Assembly: GCA_951406725.2 (NCBI GenBank)
Contig: OX597830.1
Coordinates: forward strand, 26,102,001 to 26,166,000
Length of the DNA stretch: 64,000 nucleotides
Source of the DNA: Octopus vulgaris
Taxonomy: Eukaryota
Direction: 5' to 3'
The position numbers and the translations under genes were made by a program. Positions 30,930 through 46,039 of the stretch are shown in pieces (the stretch's first letter is position 1; each line of letters opens with the position of its first letter). The notes under the pieces were generated by a model, which saw only the letters and a list, made by a program, of their open reading frames with translations, had not been told where the DNA came from and ran no database searches.

Positions 30930-32597
30930 GTTGCTGCATTCGTAGATTCTGGAAACATTCGTCATGCGTGTGCACTGATTAAGAACAACGTGCCAAGTTG
31001 GAAAATACCTCTTTTCTTTAACTATCAGCTTTTAGCTGAAGTAACAATCAAAAGAGTCATCTTCTCGGGAGATTCTTGTTCCCCATTGTTACAGCCTTGA
31101 TCCCACTTTCTGTAGTTCTATACAAAGTCAACGCGCACTATGAGATGAGAAAGAATGGAACTCGTCTCAACCACCTTCTCATCATGGATCATTCAAGACT
31201 TGGTTAAGATAAAGCTTGAAAAGAAGAGGCTGGTTGAAACTCTGTAGATGTACAGCAAGGATATAGGGATAGAATTCAGGATCTCCAAAGTGTGTGGTTC
31301 TCACTTTGAAGCGAGGGAAAAGAGCAGATTGCAGGGGTATGGAACTGCTAAACGGAGAGCGAATAGAAGACCCGGATGATGATGGCTACAAGTATCTTGC
31401 ATTCTGGAGCTGAACAATATCTTGCACAGAGAAATGAAAGACAAGGTCATCACTGCATATCTAAAGCGTCCCAAAATTCTCTTGAAGTCAAAATTCAACG
31501 CAAGGAACCTTGTAACTGTCATCAGCATATGGGCGTTGGTATATTCCGCTATAGTGCATCCTTTCTGAAATGGGCACGAACGGAGATTGACCAACTCGAT
31601 CGCACTACTGGAAAAACGATGACAATGCATGATGCCCTCCACCCTAAGGCTGTACATGAAAAGGTGTAAACGTAGACGTGGCCTAATCAGCGTACGGGAG
31701 TGCATTAACAGTGAAACAAGAAACATGGCAGAGTATTTGGTAAACAGCAAACAAGACATGACAAAGTATGCTATTAATGCAGAAGAATTTAGCAACAATG
31801 ACAGTGCTAATGAATTCCGATCACGAATAGTCAAAAAGAGAATAGAATCTCTACTCATCATGGAATTGCAAGGTCAGTTCCACGGTGAAACTGAAAAGAC
31901 CAGAAAGCATCATGGAAGTGGATTTGCAAGGGTGACCTTGAAAAGACGACCGGAAGCCTAATCATCGCTACCCAGGACCAGCTATAGAACACCAACTCAG
32001 TGGAAAGGGATATATACCACACTAGAGCAACGAAACTCAGCAAAATGTGTGACAAAATCGGGAGAGTGGCTCACATTGTTGGTACCTGTGAAAGTCTTGC
32101 GCAGGAAGAGTACAAGCGCAGACATAAAAGGGTAGTCCAAAATCGGCTATTCTGCCGGAATATGACTACGAGGTAACGGGTGCTTGATACTAACATACAC
32201 CGAAAAATGTAATGGACGAAAACGAGAAGGCAAAAAATCCTCTGGGACTTTGACTTCCAGACAGAAAGAGAAAAGGCTGAGAGATATGGAGACCTGAGAA
32301 TTGAGATCACCAAAGTGTGGCAGTTCCGAAAATCAACCATAAAGTTTGTCCCTGTTGTCGTCGGGGCATTGGGTTCAATACCACCCAACCTGAAGAAACG
32401 TCTGAAAACTTTAGAATTACCATACAATATTGGTGCATTTCGAAAATCGGCTATACTTGAAACTGCACGCATATTACGTAAAGTACTGTCTGTCTGAGGT
32501 ACTTGTTGTGACTTGACAGATAGTACAAACCCCTGATAGTCACAATAGCTTAACTCTACCACATCACGATATTGGATACTGCGCAAAGTCTTTAGTA
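30930..32597 (+). mobile_element. Degenerate 5'-truncated R4-like element (divergent family)
   Basis: GDS.SPLL, NHLL.MD, GYKYL, GLIS, IATQDQ, LWDFDFQT, VPVVVGALG...ETARILRKVL; preceded and followed by AAT repeats. Confidence 0.8.
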
Positions 32598-32719
32598 ATA
32601 ATAGTAATGATGAAAAGCTAAATTACTTACTAATTGATCCATTTGTCCGTTTGTTTCCAGAATTCTAAAGACTGAAGACAATAATTTAAAAGCTTACAAT
32701 CTCTCCAAAATTGGATATT

Positions 32720-32967
32720 GAATGAATACAGTGTATGAAAACTGTGCATTAGGAACTGTGAATAATGATATAGAGAAATGGTTAAAGGAGATTGGAATAG
32801 AATTGTCCTCCCAGAAAAGGTTTGCCTCTTAGAGTCGGTAAAGATTATCATGAAGGTTTTAAGCACTTTAAAGTCTATTGAAAGCTTATGGCTATCTAAG
32901 GTTAAGGAAGTAACTCGCAACCCACATCAATTCTAATTCTACCAGAAATAAGAACAAACCTAAGTCA

Positions 32968-32968
<1 letters not shown>
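32720..32968 (+). mobile_element. Probable R4-like 3' remnant
   Basis: CALGT...KEIGIE...KIIMKVL remnant; ends directly at (AAT)n 32969-33103. Confidence 0.45.
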
Positions 32969-33036
<68 letters not shown>

Positions 33037-33037
33037 G

Positions 33038-33105
<68 letters not shown>

Positions 33106-33107
<2 letters not shown>

Positions 33108-33661
33108 GCCCTGATGCAGTACCAGGCAGTGGCTCTCATGGCTTCTGATCTTAACTGATTGGAAGTGTTATCATGTACATTGTTTTGTCTTGGTATAAAA
33201 GATGGGCTACAGCAAATATTCTGCTCAATACCACAGATTTGCTTGTCAGTTGTTTGACCTTAACCAGTTGACCATGTCCCTTAGTGGCTGACAATACGTG
33301 CATCTCTGATCACGAGCAGAAGTAGTGGGGGAGCATCATGGCCATGTGTTGAGAGGGATTCTTTGGAGTTTGAATGGTTCACCTCTGGGAACATAGGTGT
33401 TTCGTTCAACATCCTAAAGCAACCCTTATTCAGGGACCTTTTGAGCAGGATGGGCTACTCAACCTGAAGAAAATTCTAACTGGGCCCCACATGCAAGGTC
33501 ATGTGCTGTTTATCTTGATATGAGATCACCATGTCGCGCACATATGGTTGTGATGCATGTGCCTGGTGTACCTTTATCAGACAGGTAGTCATGATGGGTA
33601 TATTGGGCTTCGTATATTTTACCCCAGTGTCACTTTGATGGCATGCGCTCCTCTCTCACTC
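33106..33661 (+). mobile_element. Non-coding (AAT)n-embedded element, family E (longest copy)
   Basis: (AAT)n on both sides; homologues at 3480-3970 and 63698-64000; no ORF and no tRNA head seen. Confidence 0.85.
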
Positions 33662-33763
<102 letters not shown>

Positions 33764-33799
33764 AAGAAGAAGAAGAAGAAAAAGAAGAAGAAGAATAAT

Positions 33800-36706
33800 A
33801 AGAAAATCAAATTGGAGGAGTAGAATTGAAACTGAAACTGAATCATTGCTAAGGGAGATATCAATATTAACTGAGCTAATCTCTGTAAATGATGTAAGAT
33901 CAAGAAAAGGCAGGAAGATTGTGAGAAAATATGGACACTCAACAAGAGAAGAACTAATGTCAGTGAAAGTAACACTTAAACAAAAAGTTCAAGCAAAAGC
34001 TCAGAGAATACGCAGATTTGAGAAAAGAATCAAATTCTACAAACAAAATAAGATGTTCAAATCCAATGCCAAATCACTTTACAGGGAAATAGGGTAAGAA
34101 AAAATAATCATTGAAAATCCACCCCTAATGGAAGAAGTTGAAAACTTTTGGAAGGGGATCTGGAGTGATGAGAAAACCATACAATGAAAATGCAGAGTGG
34201 ATCAAACGCACCCAAGATGACTACAAAAATCTACAAGAACAAGTATGGGAAGACATCTCAATCGCCGACCTAAGGAGGGCACTAACGTAGGCTCATAAGT
34301 GGAAATTCCCTGGTATTGACAGAGTACCAAATTTCTGGCTCTCATGACTCTCGTCCGTACACAAAATGTTAGTAATACTATTTAATAGTATTATGAAAGA
34401 CCCGGAAAAGACACCCCATTGGATGGCAAATGGTATTACTTACCTCCTCCCCAAAAATAACAAAACGAAAGACCCAAAAAACTACCGACCTATAACATGT
34501 TTATCTACTACCTATAAGATTTTGACATCTATTCTAGAAGAGAAAACATATACGTTTATGGAAGAGAATAACCTCTTTCCCACTGAACAAAAAGGATGCA
34601 GACGAGGCTCATACGGATGCAAAGATCAGCTCCTAATTAATCGCATGATCCTTGAGAACTACCATAACAAGCGCAGAAATCTCAGCTCTTCATGGATTGA
34701 TTATAAAAAAGCCTTTGATAGCATACCACATTGGTGGATTCTGAAATCGCTGGACATTTTCAAAATTTCTCCTGTAATTTCAGATTTTTTAAAACACGAA
34801 GCTCCAATTATATCATTCTAATGGAGTATTGCACTCAAACAACATTAGCATAAACTGTGGAATTTTCCAAGGTGACTCACTTTCACCACTAATTTTCTGC
34901 ATAGCACTAATACCACTCTCAAGTGAACTGAATAGAACAGGATATGGCTACAAAATTGACAACAAGAAAATAAGCCATCTATTTTATATGGATGACTTAA
35001 AGCTATATGGCAAAGATGATGAAGAGCTTGAAGGATTATTACATACTGTGAAAGGATTCAGTGATGATATCGGGATGGAGTTTGGCCTTGAAAAGTGTGC
35101 CAAAGCCACTTTTAAGAAAAAGAAATCGGTAAAGTCTAGTTCAATTGAATTAGATGTCGAAATAGTAATAAAGGAACTTGAGCAGGAACAAACCTATAAA
35201 TACCTAGGAATAAATGAAGGCTCTGGTATCCAGCATGCAAGCATGAAAGAGAAGGTTAGGAAAGAATGTTATAGAAGAGTTCGAGCAGTCCTGAAGTCTG
35301 AGCTGAATGCATATAATAAGGTTTTAGCCATAAACTCCTTAGCAGTACCAGTTGTTCTTTATAGCTTCAATGTGCTTAACTGGAATACCAGTGAAATAAT
35401 GAAAATTGACCGAAAAATCCGCAAGCTACTGACTTGTAATAAGATACACCATCCAAAGGCAGACGTGGATCGCCTTTACCTTCCCAGAGCTCAGGGAGGT
35501 CGAGGTTTGATCCAGCTTGAACTTACATACAAAACCACCACAATCGGACTGGCCAAATATCTTGAAGCAACCAGCGATTGGATGCTAAAACTTGTTGAAA
35601 AACATGAAAGACCTAAAAAACTTTACTCTATTCTCAAAGAGAGCAAAAAATTCGCTGCTGATCTCTTAGATACCCACCAGATTGAGCAGGCTGAAGGAAA
35701 TGCGCCAACTGCAGCTGCAAAGAAAATAAAAATAATTGCAAAGACAAAAGCTCATGAAAATTTAGCTAGCAGATGGGAACAGAAACCTCTCCATGGCAAG
35801 TATGTGGCCCGTAGCAAACAAGCTGATGTCGACCAGAAACACACGCACCAATGGTTACGAAGGTCAGGGCTAAAAGCAGAGACTGAAGGTTTCATATTAG
35901 CTACTCAAGACCAAAGCTTATTAACCCGGAACTACCAAGCCAATGTGATGAAAAATGGAGCTGACCCAAAATGCCGATTCTGTAACGATGAGATTGAAAC
36001 AATAGACCACCTAATCTCAGGGTGTAGAGTCTTAGCACCAGCAGAATATAAAGCAAGATATGACAGAGTCGGCCAGTATTTACATTGGACAATATGTCGG
36101 CATTATAAAATCAAAACCGCTGACAAATGGTATAAACATCATCCTGAAGCTGTGACTGAGGGAGAAAATGTGTCGATTCTATGGGACTTCCCCGTGCAGA
36201 CCGACAGGACTATAAAAGCTAATAAACCGGATATTATTATAAAAGATCAGACAAAAAGGACGTGCTTATTAATTGACATGAGTATTCCCTGTGATCACAA
36301 TATAGCGGCGAAGGAATTTGACAAGATTAGTAAATATAAAGACCTGCTAATAGAAATTGAAAAAATGTGGCATCTCAAGGCGACTACAGTAGTGTGATTG
36401 TAGGATCTCTAGGAATGATAAAAAAAGGTACTGAAACCTATTTGAAAATGATTCCAGGCTTACCATCTCTACAGTAAGTGCAAAAAATCGTATTAACTGG
36501 AACGGCTCATGTACTGAGAAGAGAACTATCGCTGTGAAAATAACATCCATCCATGAATTTATTTATTTATTAATTTTTAAATACATATTTTATCTTTGAA
36601 TTTGCGCGTGTAATTTGGGAATGCATACAATGCCCTTCTCTGCCCTAGGTGTATGGAAAACACTCGGCGAGAAACGGAAGAAAATTTGAAGAAAGAAGGA
36701 AAAAAC
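33800..36706 (+). mobile_element. 5'-truncated R4/Dong-like element, sister subfamily of 24363-28320
   Basis: Collinear with about 25405-28320. ORFs 34366-34821 and 34829-36397 carry QGDSLSP, YMDD, CRFC..H..C and KPDIII. Flanked by (AAT)n(AAG)n and (AAT)n. Confidence 0.92.
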
Positions 36707-36946
36707 ATAACAATAATAATAATAATAATAGTAATAATAATAATAATAATTTATTTTATTCACAAAAAAAATAAATTGTATATACAAATGTTTTATAAAG
36801 TTGTGAAAAACTTTATTTAACAGAGAAGAATAGTAAATACATTGTATTATAAAACCTTTTAAAACTGTAAACCACCGTGAAATGAAGGTATATATACATA
36901 GAAACATGCATAAATATATAGAAACATACATACATACATACATACA

Positions 36947-36982
<36 letters not shown>

Positions 36983-38027
36983 CACACACGCACAAACATA
37001 TATATATATTCTATATACATTATATACAACTATAAATGGAATAATTAATATATAGTATTGAGGGAGCCTACCCCAATGCGGGTGACGAGCTACCGCTTAG
37101 TTTCCCTTCAAACTAGGATTTGATGCAACCAAGATCACCAGTGAGCACTTTTTTGCATTGACCGGAACAAGTTTACTAGTTTATTTTTGTTTTTTCACAA
37201 ATAGTTTGTTACCCGAGTTAATTTTGAACCCTTCTGTCATTTTTCCCGTCCCGCCAATTAGTCTTCATTATTTTATTTCAACTATCCATCATTTACATCA
37301 ACAAATCATCGATGATTCACCACCACCCTGAAATTCATGTCCCGGGAAATGACCCCTCTCCTTTTCAAACTTGCTTTCTCTGAGGATAGACATTTAATTT
37401 TTGATGGTACATCTCAGACCTTTCCGCTGTTCTCGACAAAAAAGTTTCGCTGCTATTTCTTGAAGATCAGGAGACCACGTAAAGACACCCCCGTTGACTC
37501 ACTATTGCTGATGGTATTTGGTGGTGGTGGTGGTGGTGGTGGTGGTGATGCTGTTGGTGGTGGTGGTGATGCTGTTGTTGTTGTTGTTGTTGGTGGTGGT
37601 GGTGTTGGTAGTGATGGTGGAGGCAGCGTGGTGATGTTCTTTGTTTAACAAGAAACAACCTTAAGCGACAAACGTCTTTAAACCTTGACTGCTCTTACAT
37701 TTTAGTCCTGTCTAAGACTACTTCTTCCAATGTGTCATTAATTTCTGAGACGGTAGAATGTAATGAAAGTGTTCGGGATTTGACAACTCTTTCTTGCAGG
37801 AGGCAGAAATATGTTGAAGCCCTCTCCGGTGTTGATGAAGATAGTTGGTGATGATAGCTCTGGTCGGTTAATTCATCCGAAACGATGAATATAAGTATCA
37901 CAGTAATTAGTATATTTAATGGGGGACAAGAGGTATGTTGTTACACGTCTGCATCTGTGCTTTCCGGACCCGTACAGATTTTCTCTAAAGAAAAAGAAAA
38001 AAACAAAGAAAATGTAATAAAACCAGT

Positions 38028-38329
38028 TTGTTTGTTCCTTCTGGAGCCATTACTGGCTCATAAGGGCCGGTTTCCCGGTTTGCTTCGCGTATAGGTTCCT
38101 CACCTGGACGGAACGCCGGTCCGTCGCAGGTGAGCTGCAAGATTCAGGAGGAAAGAGTGAGAGAAAGTTGTGGCGAAAGGTTCAGCAGAAGTTCGCTTTT
38201 ACCTTCTGCCGGAGCCACGTGAAGCTTAGGTGTTTCGCTCATAAACACACACATCGCCCGGTCTGAGATTCGAAACCGCGATCCTTCGACCACGAGTCCG
38301 CTGCTCTAACCACTAGGTCATGTGCCTCC
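38028..38329 (-). mobile_element. tRNA-derived SINE, family D, with TSD
   Basis: Head GGAGGCACATGACCTAGTGGTTAGAGC...GGTTTCGAATC; (CAAA)n tail; 12-bp TSD AATAAAACCAGT at 38016-38027 and 38330-38341. Confidence 0.88.
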
Positions 38330-38884
38330 AATAAAACCAGTAATGGCTCCTAATTTAGGCACAAAAACAACTATTCTGAAGCGGAGTCAGTCGGACGATA
38401 CCTTTGAAGGAAGGGAGTTAGTTATATGTTTGTCGCCCATACTTAAGGGAGAAATCACTGATTAAGTCGGGTTAGCTTATCACAAACCTGTACCACTCGC
38501 TCTTTTTATACTGGAGCCTCGTGCATCAAAAGGTAAGCAATAAAGCTACTGGTGATGACATGTCAGCGTGGACCTAGAATGTACGAAGTGGGTGGGACGT
38601 GAGTGGAGTTGAGGGACCAGGAGATGCCTGACAGTTCGGAGCAGCAGAATAATAATGATGAAGCTATAATCTTGGGAACAGTGGATGCAGGGATGCGGCG
38701 GGAGGTGGGAGGTGAACGTGTGCAGGCGCAACCCCTGAAGTTTTGGGAGGACAATATAAATGCTTCGAGCGTCCTCCTGAAAAACTTAATCACTAAAACG
38801 AACAAGAGCAGACTGATTTAAAACAATATTTTTTTCCTTATTGGACTTATCCGATTCGATTCATGGAAAAGTGTAGTAATAACC

Positions 38885-40205
<1,321 letters not shown>

Positions 40206-41104
40206 CAACAACAATTATTATAAAATATCGGCCTTGTTTGCAAAGAAAATTGAACCTGAGTTTGCATCCGTTTTGCAAATTTCATTGCGGCACTAATGGA
40301 TGATGCAGTAGATAGGAGAAGGACATATATGGATAAACATTGGCATAAAAACATGAATAAATAGTTTGAAATATTTATACGTGAACATACATGTCGTAAT
40401 TTGTGTTGATATCAGAACTTGAAACAAGAAATGGCATAATTTGTTGGAAGATAGGTACAAGAGGAGAATATGTTAACGGTGACATTCCATTTTATCCGGT
40501 GTCATTTCAAAATCCGTTTATTTTGGGCGAATGGGGAGTATAGTTTATTATATGACTGGTGCTTATTTTTATCATCCTCCAGAAATATGAAAGGCAAAAG
40601 TAATCTAGGCAATTAAATTTTTTAAAATATTTCCCTGAGCCCTAAGATTAATAGGCCTACTTACCCGGTTTTCATGGTATCTAAGTGCCCTAGATCACAA
40701 CAATCCCCATAAATGAGCCGTCGGTCCATTTCTGGTTTCAAGGCTAGTAATGTTGAACGAAAGGGACAAGTCTATTTCACCGATCCTAGCGTATGACTAG
40801 TATTTTATTTTGTCGATACCCCATTGGCTAAAAAATGCCTAGTTGATTGTAGCGGGATTTGAACTTAGAGCGTGAAGAGGCTGAAGCAATGCCGTTTAGC
40901 ATTTGTCCGACGTGCTAACGATTCTGCGAGTCAATCACGTCTACAGAAGAAATACCCGATGAAAAATGGAAGAAAGGAACTATCTTGAAAGTCGCTGCGC
41001 TGTAGTAGCGATAGTCCAAAGAAACCAGTTTCGTTACTCACAGTGATACGGTACAATGCAAGAGGTATGTAGTTCCTATGGTGTAAAATAAATGTGAATA
41101 CACG

Positions 41105-41410
41105 AAGAACTTACGATCGTGAGGTTGTGAGCTCGAATCCCGGACCGGGCTGCGTGTTGTGTTCTTGAGCAAGACACTTTATTTCACGTTGCTCCAGTTC
41201 ACTCAGCTGTAGAAATGAGTTGCGACGTCACAGGTGCCAAGCTGTAACGGCCCTTGCCTTTCCCTTGGACAACATCGGTGACATGGAGAGGGGAGGCCGG
41301 TATGCATGGGCGACTGCTGGTCTTCCATAAAACAGCCTTGCCCAGACTTGTGCCTCAGAGGGTAACTCTCTAGGTGCAAACCCATGGTCAGTGTCTGACC
41401 GAAGGGGGTC
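41105..41410 (+). mobile_element. SINE family C (5'-eroded)
   Basis: B box, ttgagcaagacactt core and body match 1218-1520. Confidence 0.8.
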
Positions 41411-41561
41411 ACCAATCACCAACACGAAGAGGAGATAGAGACACTTCAATGAAATATGGTTTGGGATATTCATTTTTCATACATACGAGGACAGTAACTC
41501 ACTCGCAGACAAGTATGCAGCACAAACATGCATAAACACAATGAATTCTAATTACAAATAC

Positions 41562-41970
41562 AGTGGCTGTGTGGTAAGTAGCTTGCTCACCAACCACATG
41601 GTTTTGGGTTCAGTCTCACTGCGTGGCACCTTGGATAAGTGTCTTCTACTATAGCCTTGGGCCGACCAAAGCCTTGTGAGTGGAATTGGTAGACAGAAAC
41701 TGAAAGAAGCCCGTCGTATATATGTATGTATATATATATGTGTGTGTGTGTGTGTATGTATATGTTTGTATGTCTGTGTTTGTCTCCCACAACATTGCTT
41801 GACAACCAATGCTGGTATGTTTACGTCGCCGTAACTTAGCGGTTCGGCAAAAAAGAGCGATAGAATAAGTACTAGGCTTACAAAGAATAATTCCTGGGGT
41901 TGATTTGCTCGACTAAAGGCAGTGCTCCAGCATAGCCACAGTCAAATAACTGAAACAAGTAAAAGAGTAA
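41562..41970 (+). mobile_element. SINE family A
   Basis: Match to 50415-50823. Confidence 0.85.
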
Positions 41971-42326
41971 TATATAGAAATAAATGTGATATACTTACAC
42001 TACTTTTCCTTTTACGTGTTTTGTTTTTGATAAAGAGACCTTTGAATTTATTCATGAAAGTCTGTAAAGAGAGAAATCAAATATTTAAGGTGAAGCGTAG
42101 GCTATCTGCAAGAGCTCATTAAGAAAAACACAAACACCTATCTATATAAAAGGAAAAGAAAAAGTTCGAACACCGGCTACGGCATTCAGACTTCGTTTCT
42201 ACTACTAACTGTGAAGTCAGGCCAACTACGACAGCAAAGAGACACCAGAAGTGTAAACGTCTAAAATAATAAAGAAGGCACGTGTAATATGTTGACAGAG
42301 ATCTCATGTGTGTGTGTGTGTGTGTG

Positions 42327-42387
<61 letters not shown>

Positions 42388-42952
42388 TGCGTACAGAACT
42401 TCGAGGTTTCGGCCTGCAATCGTTAGTCAGACTGAAATTCGATGACGGGTAGTGGGCCGAAACCTCGAAGTCACTGTTATTGTGAAAGTAAAATGAAAAT
42501 GTCGTCTGCAAAACGTATTGCGCAATTCTTCAGTTTTAATGTTAAATTGTTTGTATAACAACGCGATGGAAATATAAACATAAAATGTGTTTGCGCCTCT
42601 GTGTGTCTTTACTATTTTCTCGTGTCATTAATATTTTCTCGTGTCATTAAAATTTTCCCGCTGTCATAGAAACAGAACACTTTAAGCCCCACCACAACCC
42701 CCACACACACACTCTACCACCACAACCACCGCAGCCAGAATTTCGCATTCGACTATAAAAACATAAAATTATGAAATTAATACTTACTTTGTTTTCTGCA
42801 TCAGCTGAATAAAGAAGAGAAAAGAAACATTTTAATATATTTAATATATTTTTACATGTCTGCCTATGAACATCTCACTCTGTCTCTCACTCAGAAGTAT
42901 ATGTATGTGTGTATATGTGTGTGTGTGTGTGTGAATGTGTGTCTACATATAT

Positions 42953-43358
42953 ACTCTTTTACTCTTTTACTTGTTTCAGTCATTTGACTGCGGCCATGCT
43001 GGAGCACCACCTTTAATCGAGCAGCTCGACCCCGGGACTTATTCTTTTGTAAGCCCAGTACTTATTCTATCGGTCTCTTTTGCCGAACCGCTAAGTATCG
43101 GGGACATAAACACACCAGCATCGGTTATCAAGCAATGCTAGGGGGACAAACACAGACACACAAACACACACACGCATATATATATATATACATATATACG
43201 ACGGGCTTCTTTCAGTTTCCGTCTACCAAATCCACTCACAAGGCTTTGGTCGGCCCGAGGCTATAGTAGAAGACACTTGCCCAAGGTGCCACGCAGTGGG
43301 ACTGAACCCGGAACCATGTGGTTGGTAAACAAGCTACTTACCACACAGCCACTCCTGC
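42953..43358 (-). mobile_element. SINE family A
   Basis: Reverse-complement match to 50415-50823. Confidence 0.88.
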
Positions 43359-43923
43359 ACATATATATATATGTGACAGAGTCAATTTTAAATGTAAATG
43401 AGTGGAAATCGAACCGGTCTGTGTGCTAATTGATACGGCATTAAAGCAGAATGACTTTCCTCAGACACAACAATATATATGTATGTATGTGTGTGTGTGC
43501 GTGTGCGAGTGTGTGTGTATTTACACAAACACACATATACAAACATATATATATATACGCACAAATACGTACATATGCATATAACTATACACATATATAC
43601 ACATACATATATATATATATACATACATATACATACATATATATATATACATATACATATGTATACATACATATTTATGCATATACACATAGTTATATAT
43701 ACAAATACATAGACATATATATATACACATAGATATATATATACTTACATATATATATATATGCATATATATATATGCATATAGATATATAGATATACAT
43801 ATACATGTATATATAGATATACATATACATATATAGATATAGATATAAATATACATATATATACATATATCTGTACACACACACATACACATATATATAT
43901 ATATACATATACACACACAAAAA

Positions 43924-44002
<79 letters not shown>

Positions 44003-44395
44003 TCTCTTTACTCTTTTACTTGTTTCAGTCATTTGACTGCGGCCATGCTGGAGCACTGCCTTTAATCGAGCAACTCGACCCCGGGACTTATTCTTTTGTA
44101 AGCCCAGTACTTATTCTATCGGTCTCTTTTGCCGAACCGCTAAGTAACGGGGACATAAACACACCAGCATCGGTTGTCAAGCAATGCTAGGGGGACAAAC
44201 ACAGACACACAAACACGCACACGCATATATATATATATACATATATACGACTGGCTTCTTTCAGTTTCCGTCTACCAAATCCACTCACAGTGCTTTGGTC
44301 GGCCCGAGGCTATAGTAGGAGACACTTGTCCAAGGTGTCACGCAGTGAGACTGAACCCGGAACCATGTGGTTGGTAAGCAAGCTACTTACCACAC
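44003..44395 (-). mobile_element. SINE family A
   Basis: Very similar to 42953-43358. Confidence 0.88.
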
Positions 44396-44745
44396 GTATT
44401 CTTTAAGTAGTTGAACTTGAGAACGCAATGGCGGATGAAATGTAGCAAAGCATTCTACCCGCTGTGTTAAATATTCTACAACCTTGCCTTGATTTTATGC
44501 AAGCAATCTTTATTGTGTCTGAATTATACACGAGAACAAACCCAATGAAATACGTTAATTCATCGCGGCGGTCCTTTTTTTTTTTAGTAATATAATCGAA
44601 ATGATAAAGTGTACTTACAATTACGCTTTTCCAGGTTTGATGCACCGTCCTATAAAAGAGAAACACAAAATGAAAATGAAATTTGGCGTCAAAGGATTTT
44701 CCATGTAATCAACAATATAACAGTGTATATATTTTTCAAAATAAA

Positions 44746-45183
44746 TCTATACATATAAAGCTGAAGTTTCTGTGTGTGTGTGTGGCAGGTTCGGTAGCCT
44801 TCAACTAATACTATCTCCTCCGAGACCCTGCGGCGCAAGTTGACCAAAATTGAGAGTATGATAGAAGGTTTGCTCTTAATTCCGTAAAAGAAAAAATTGA
44901 AATCAGACCATGTTAAGACCAAAAATTATTTACATCAAAAAGGTGCTTTTTTCTATGAAAATCTCGATTTTTTACGATTTTTTTATTGCTGTGTCGCCAT
45001 TTTTCGGTATATTTCAACCAGAAAAATGTTCACATAAAGAGAATAACAAGCTACATAATGCAAAATTTTTACTTTTCAAAAAAGATTGAAACTATGTCAA
45101 AACTTTGTTAACGCAACAACAGAGTCTGCCGTTTTAAGCGCAACTAAGAAACAAACCCGAGCAACGCCGGGCTATACTGCTAG
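44746..45183 (+). mobile_element. Non-autonomous Helitron
   Basis: 5' A|TCTATACATATAAAG; 3' GC-rich hairpin CCCGAGCAACGCCGGG just before CTAG|T; inserted in AT with no TSD. Confidence 0.8.
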
Positions 45184-45392
45184 TAAATATACAAAACTGA
45201 AAAAGAAGGCAAAGAAATAAAACAAAATGAATAAGTAAATAAAAGTTCATCGATTATGTTACCGCTGTGCGGTAAGAAGTTTCTGTACGACCGCGTGGAA
45301 TATTGGGCAAGTGTCTGCTCCTATGGCCTCGGGTCGACCAAACCCTTGTGAATAGATTATGTAGATGGAAACTGAAAGAAGCATCTATTAAT

Positions 45393-45423
<31 letters not shown>

Positions 45424-45430
<7 letters not shown>

Positions 45431-45630
45431 TTTATTAAAATGCAGCAAAAATATCACAAAAACTGTTACTCAGAGTTTCACGTCCCCATTCCTGACGAAC
45501 GGGAGCACGAAACTCTGAGTAACAGATTGTGTCATATTTTTGCTGATTTTTAATAAAGTATATTACTCTACATCTGGTATTCGAGTACTATTTTCCCGCC
45601 TTGTATCGCATTTATGTGCTTATTCTGATG
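45424..45630. mobile_element. PLE-type inverted terminal pair with a minimal hammerhead motif
   Basis: Arms 45424-45487 and 45497-45563 are inverted; CTGACGA at 45492, GAAAC at 45509, ACTC-T-GAGT-A; the right arm carries extra tail sequence. Confidence 0.65.
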
Positions 45631-46039
45631 TGTGTGTATATATATATATATATAAACATTCTCTTACTAAAGTCATTTAACTGCAGTCATGCTGGAGTAC
45701 CACGATTAGTCGAACAAACTGGCCCCAAAACTTATTCTTTGTAAGCCTAGTACTTGGTCTATCGGCCTCTTTTGCCGAACCGCTAAGTTATGGGGATGTT
45801 GACACACCAACATCGGATGTTCACTACTATTTTATATATATTAATTATATATATGCTTATATGATATGTTGTACTCTTTCGCTACAACTTTCCCTCACTC
45901 TTTCTTCCTGTTTCTTGAGTAACGCTGAGATGGACTGGCGTCCCGTCCAGCTGGGGGAAACACATACGCCATAGTAACCGGAAAACCGGGCCCATGAGCC
46001 TGGCTAGGATTGAAAAGAGCGCATAAAAAATACCACTTC

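Noticed and set aside
37337-37658. Poly-Gly or poly-His/Gln ORFs suggesting a transcription factor
   Set aside because: (GGT)n/(GTT)n microsatellite; no domain or splice support seen.
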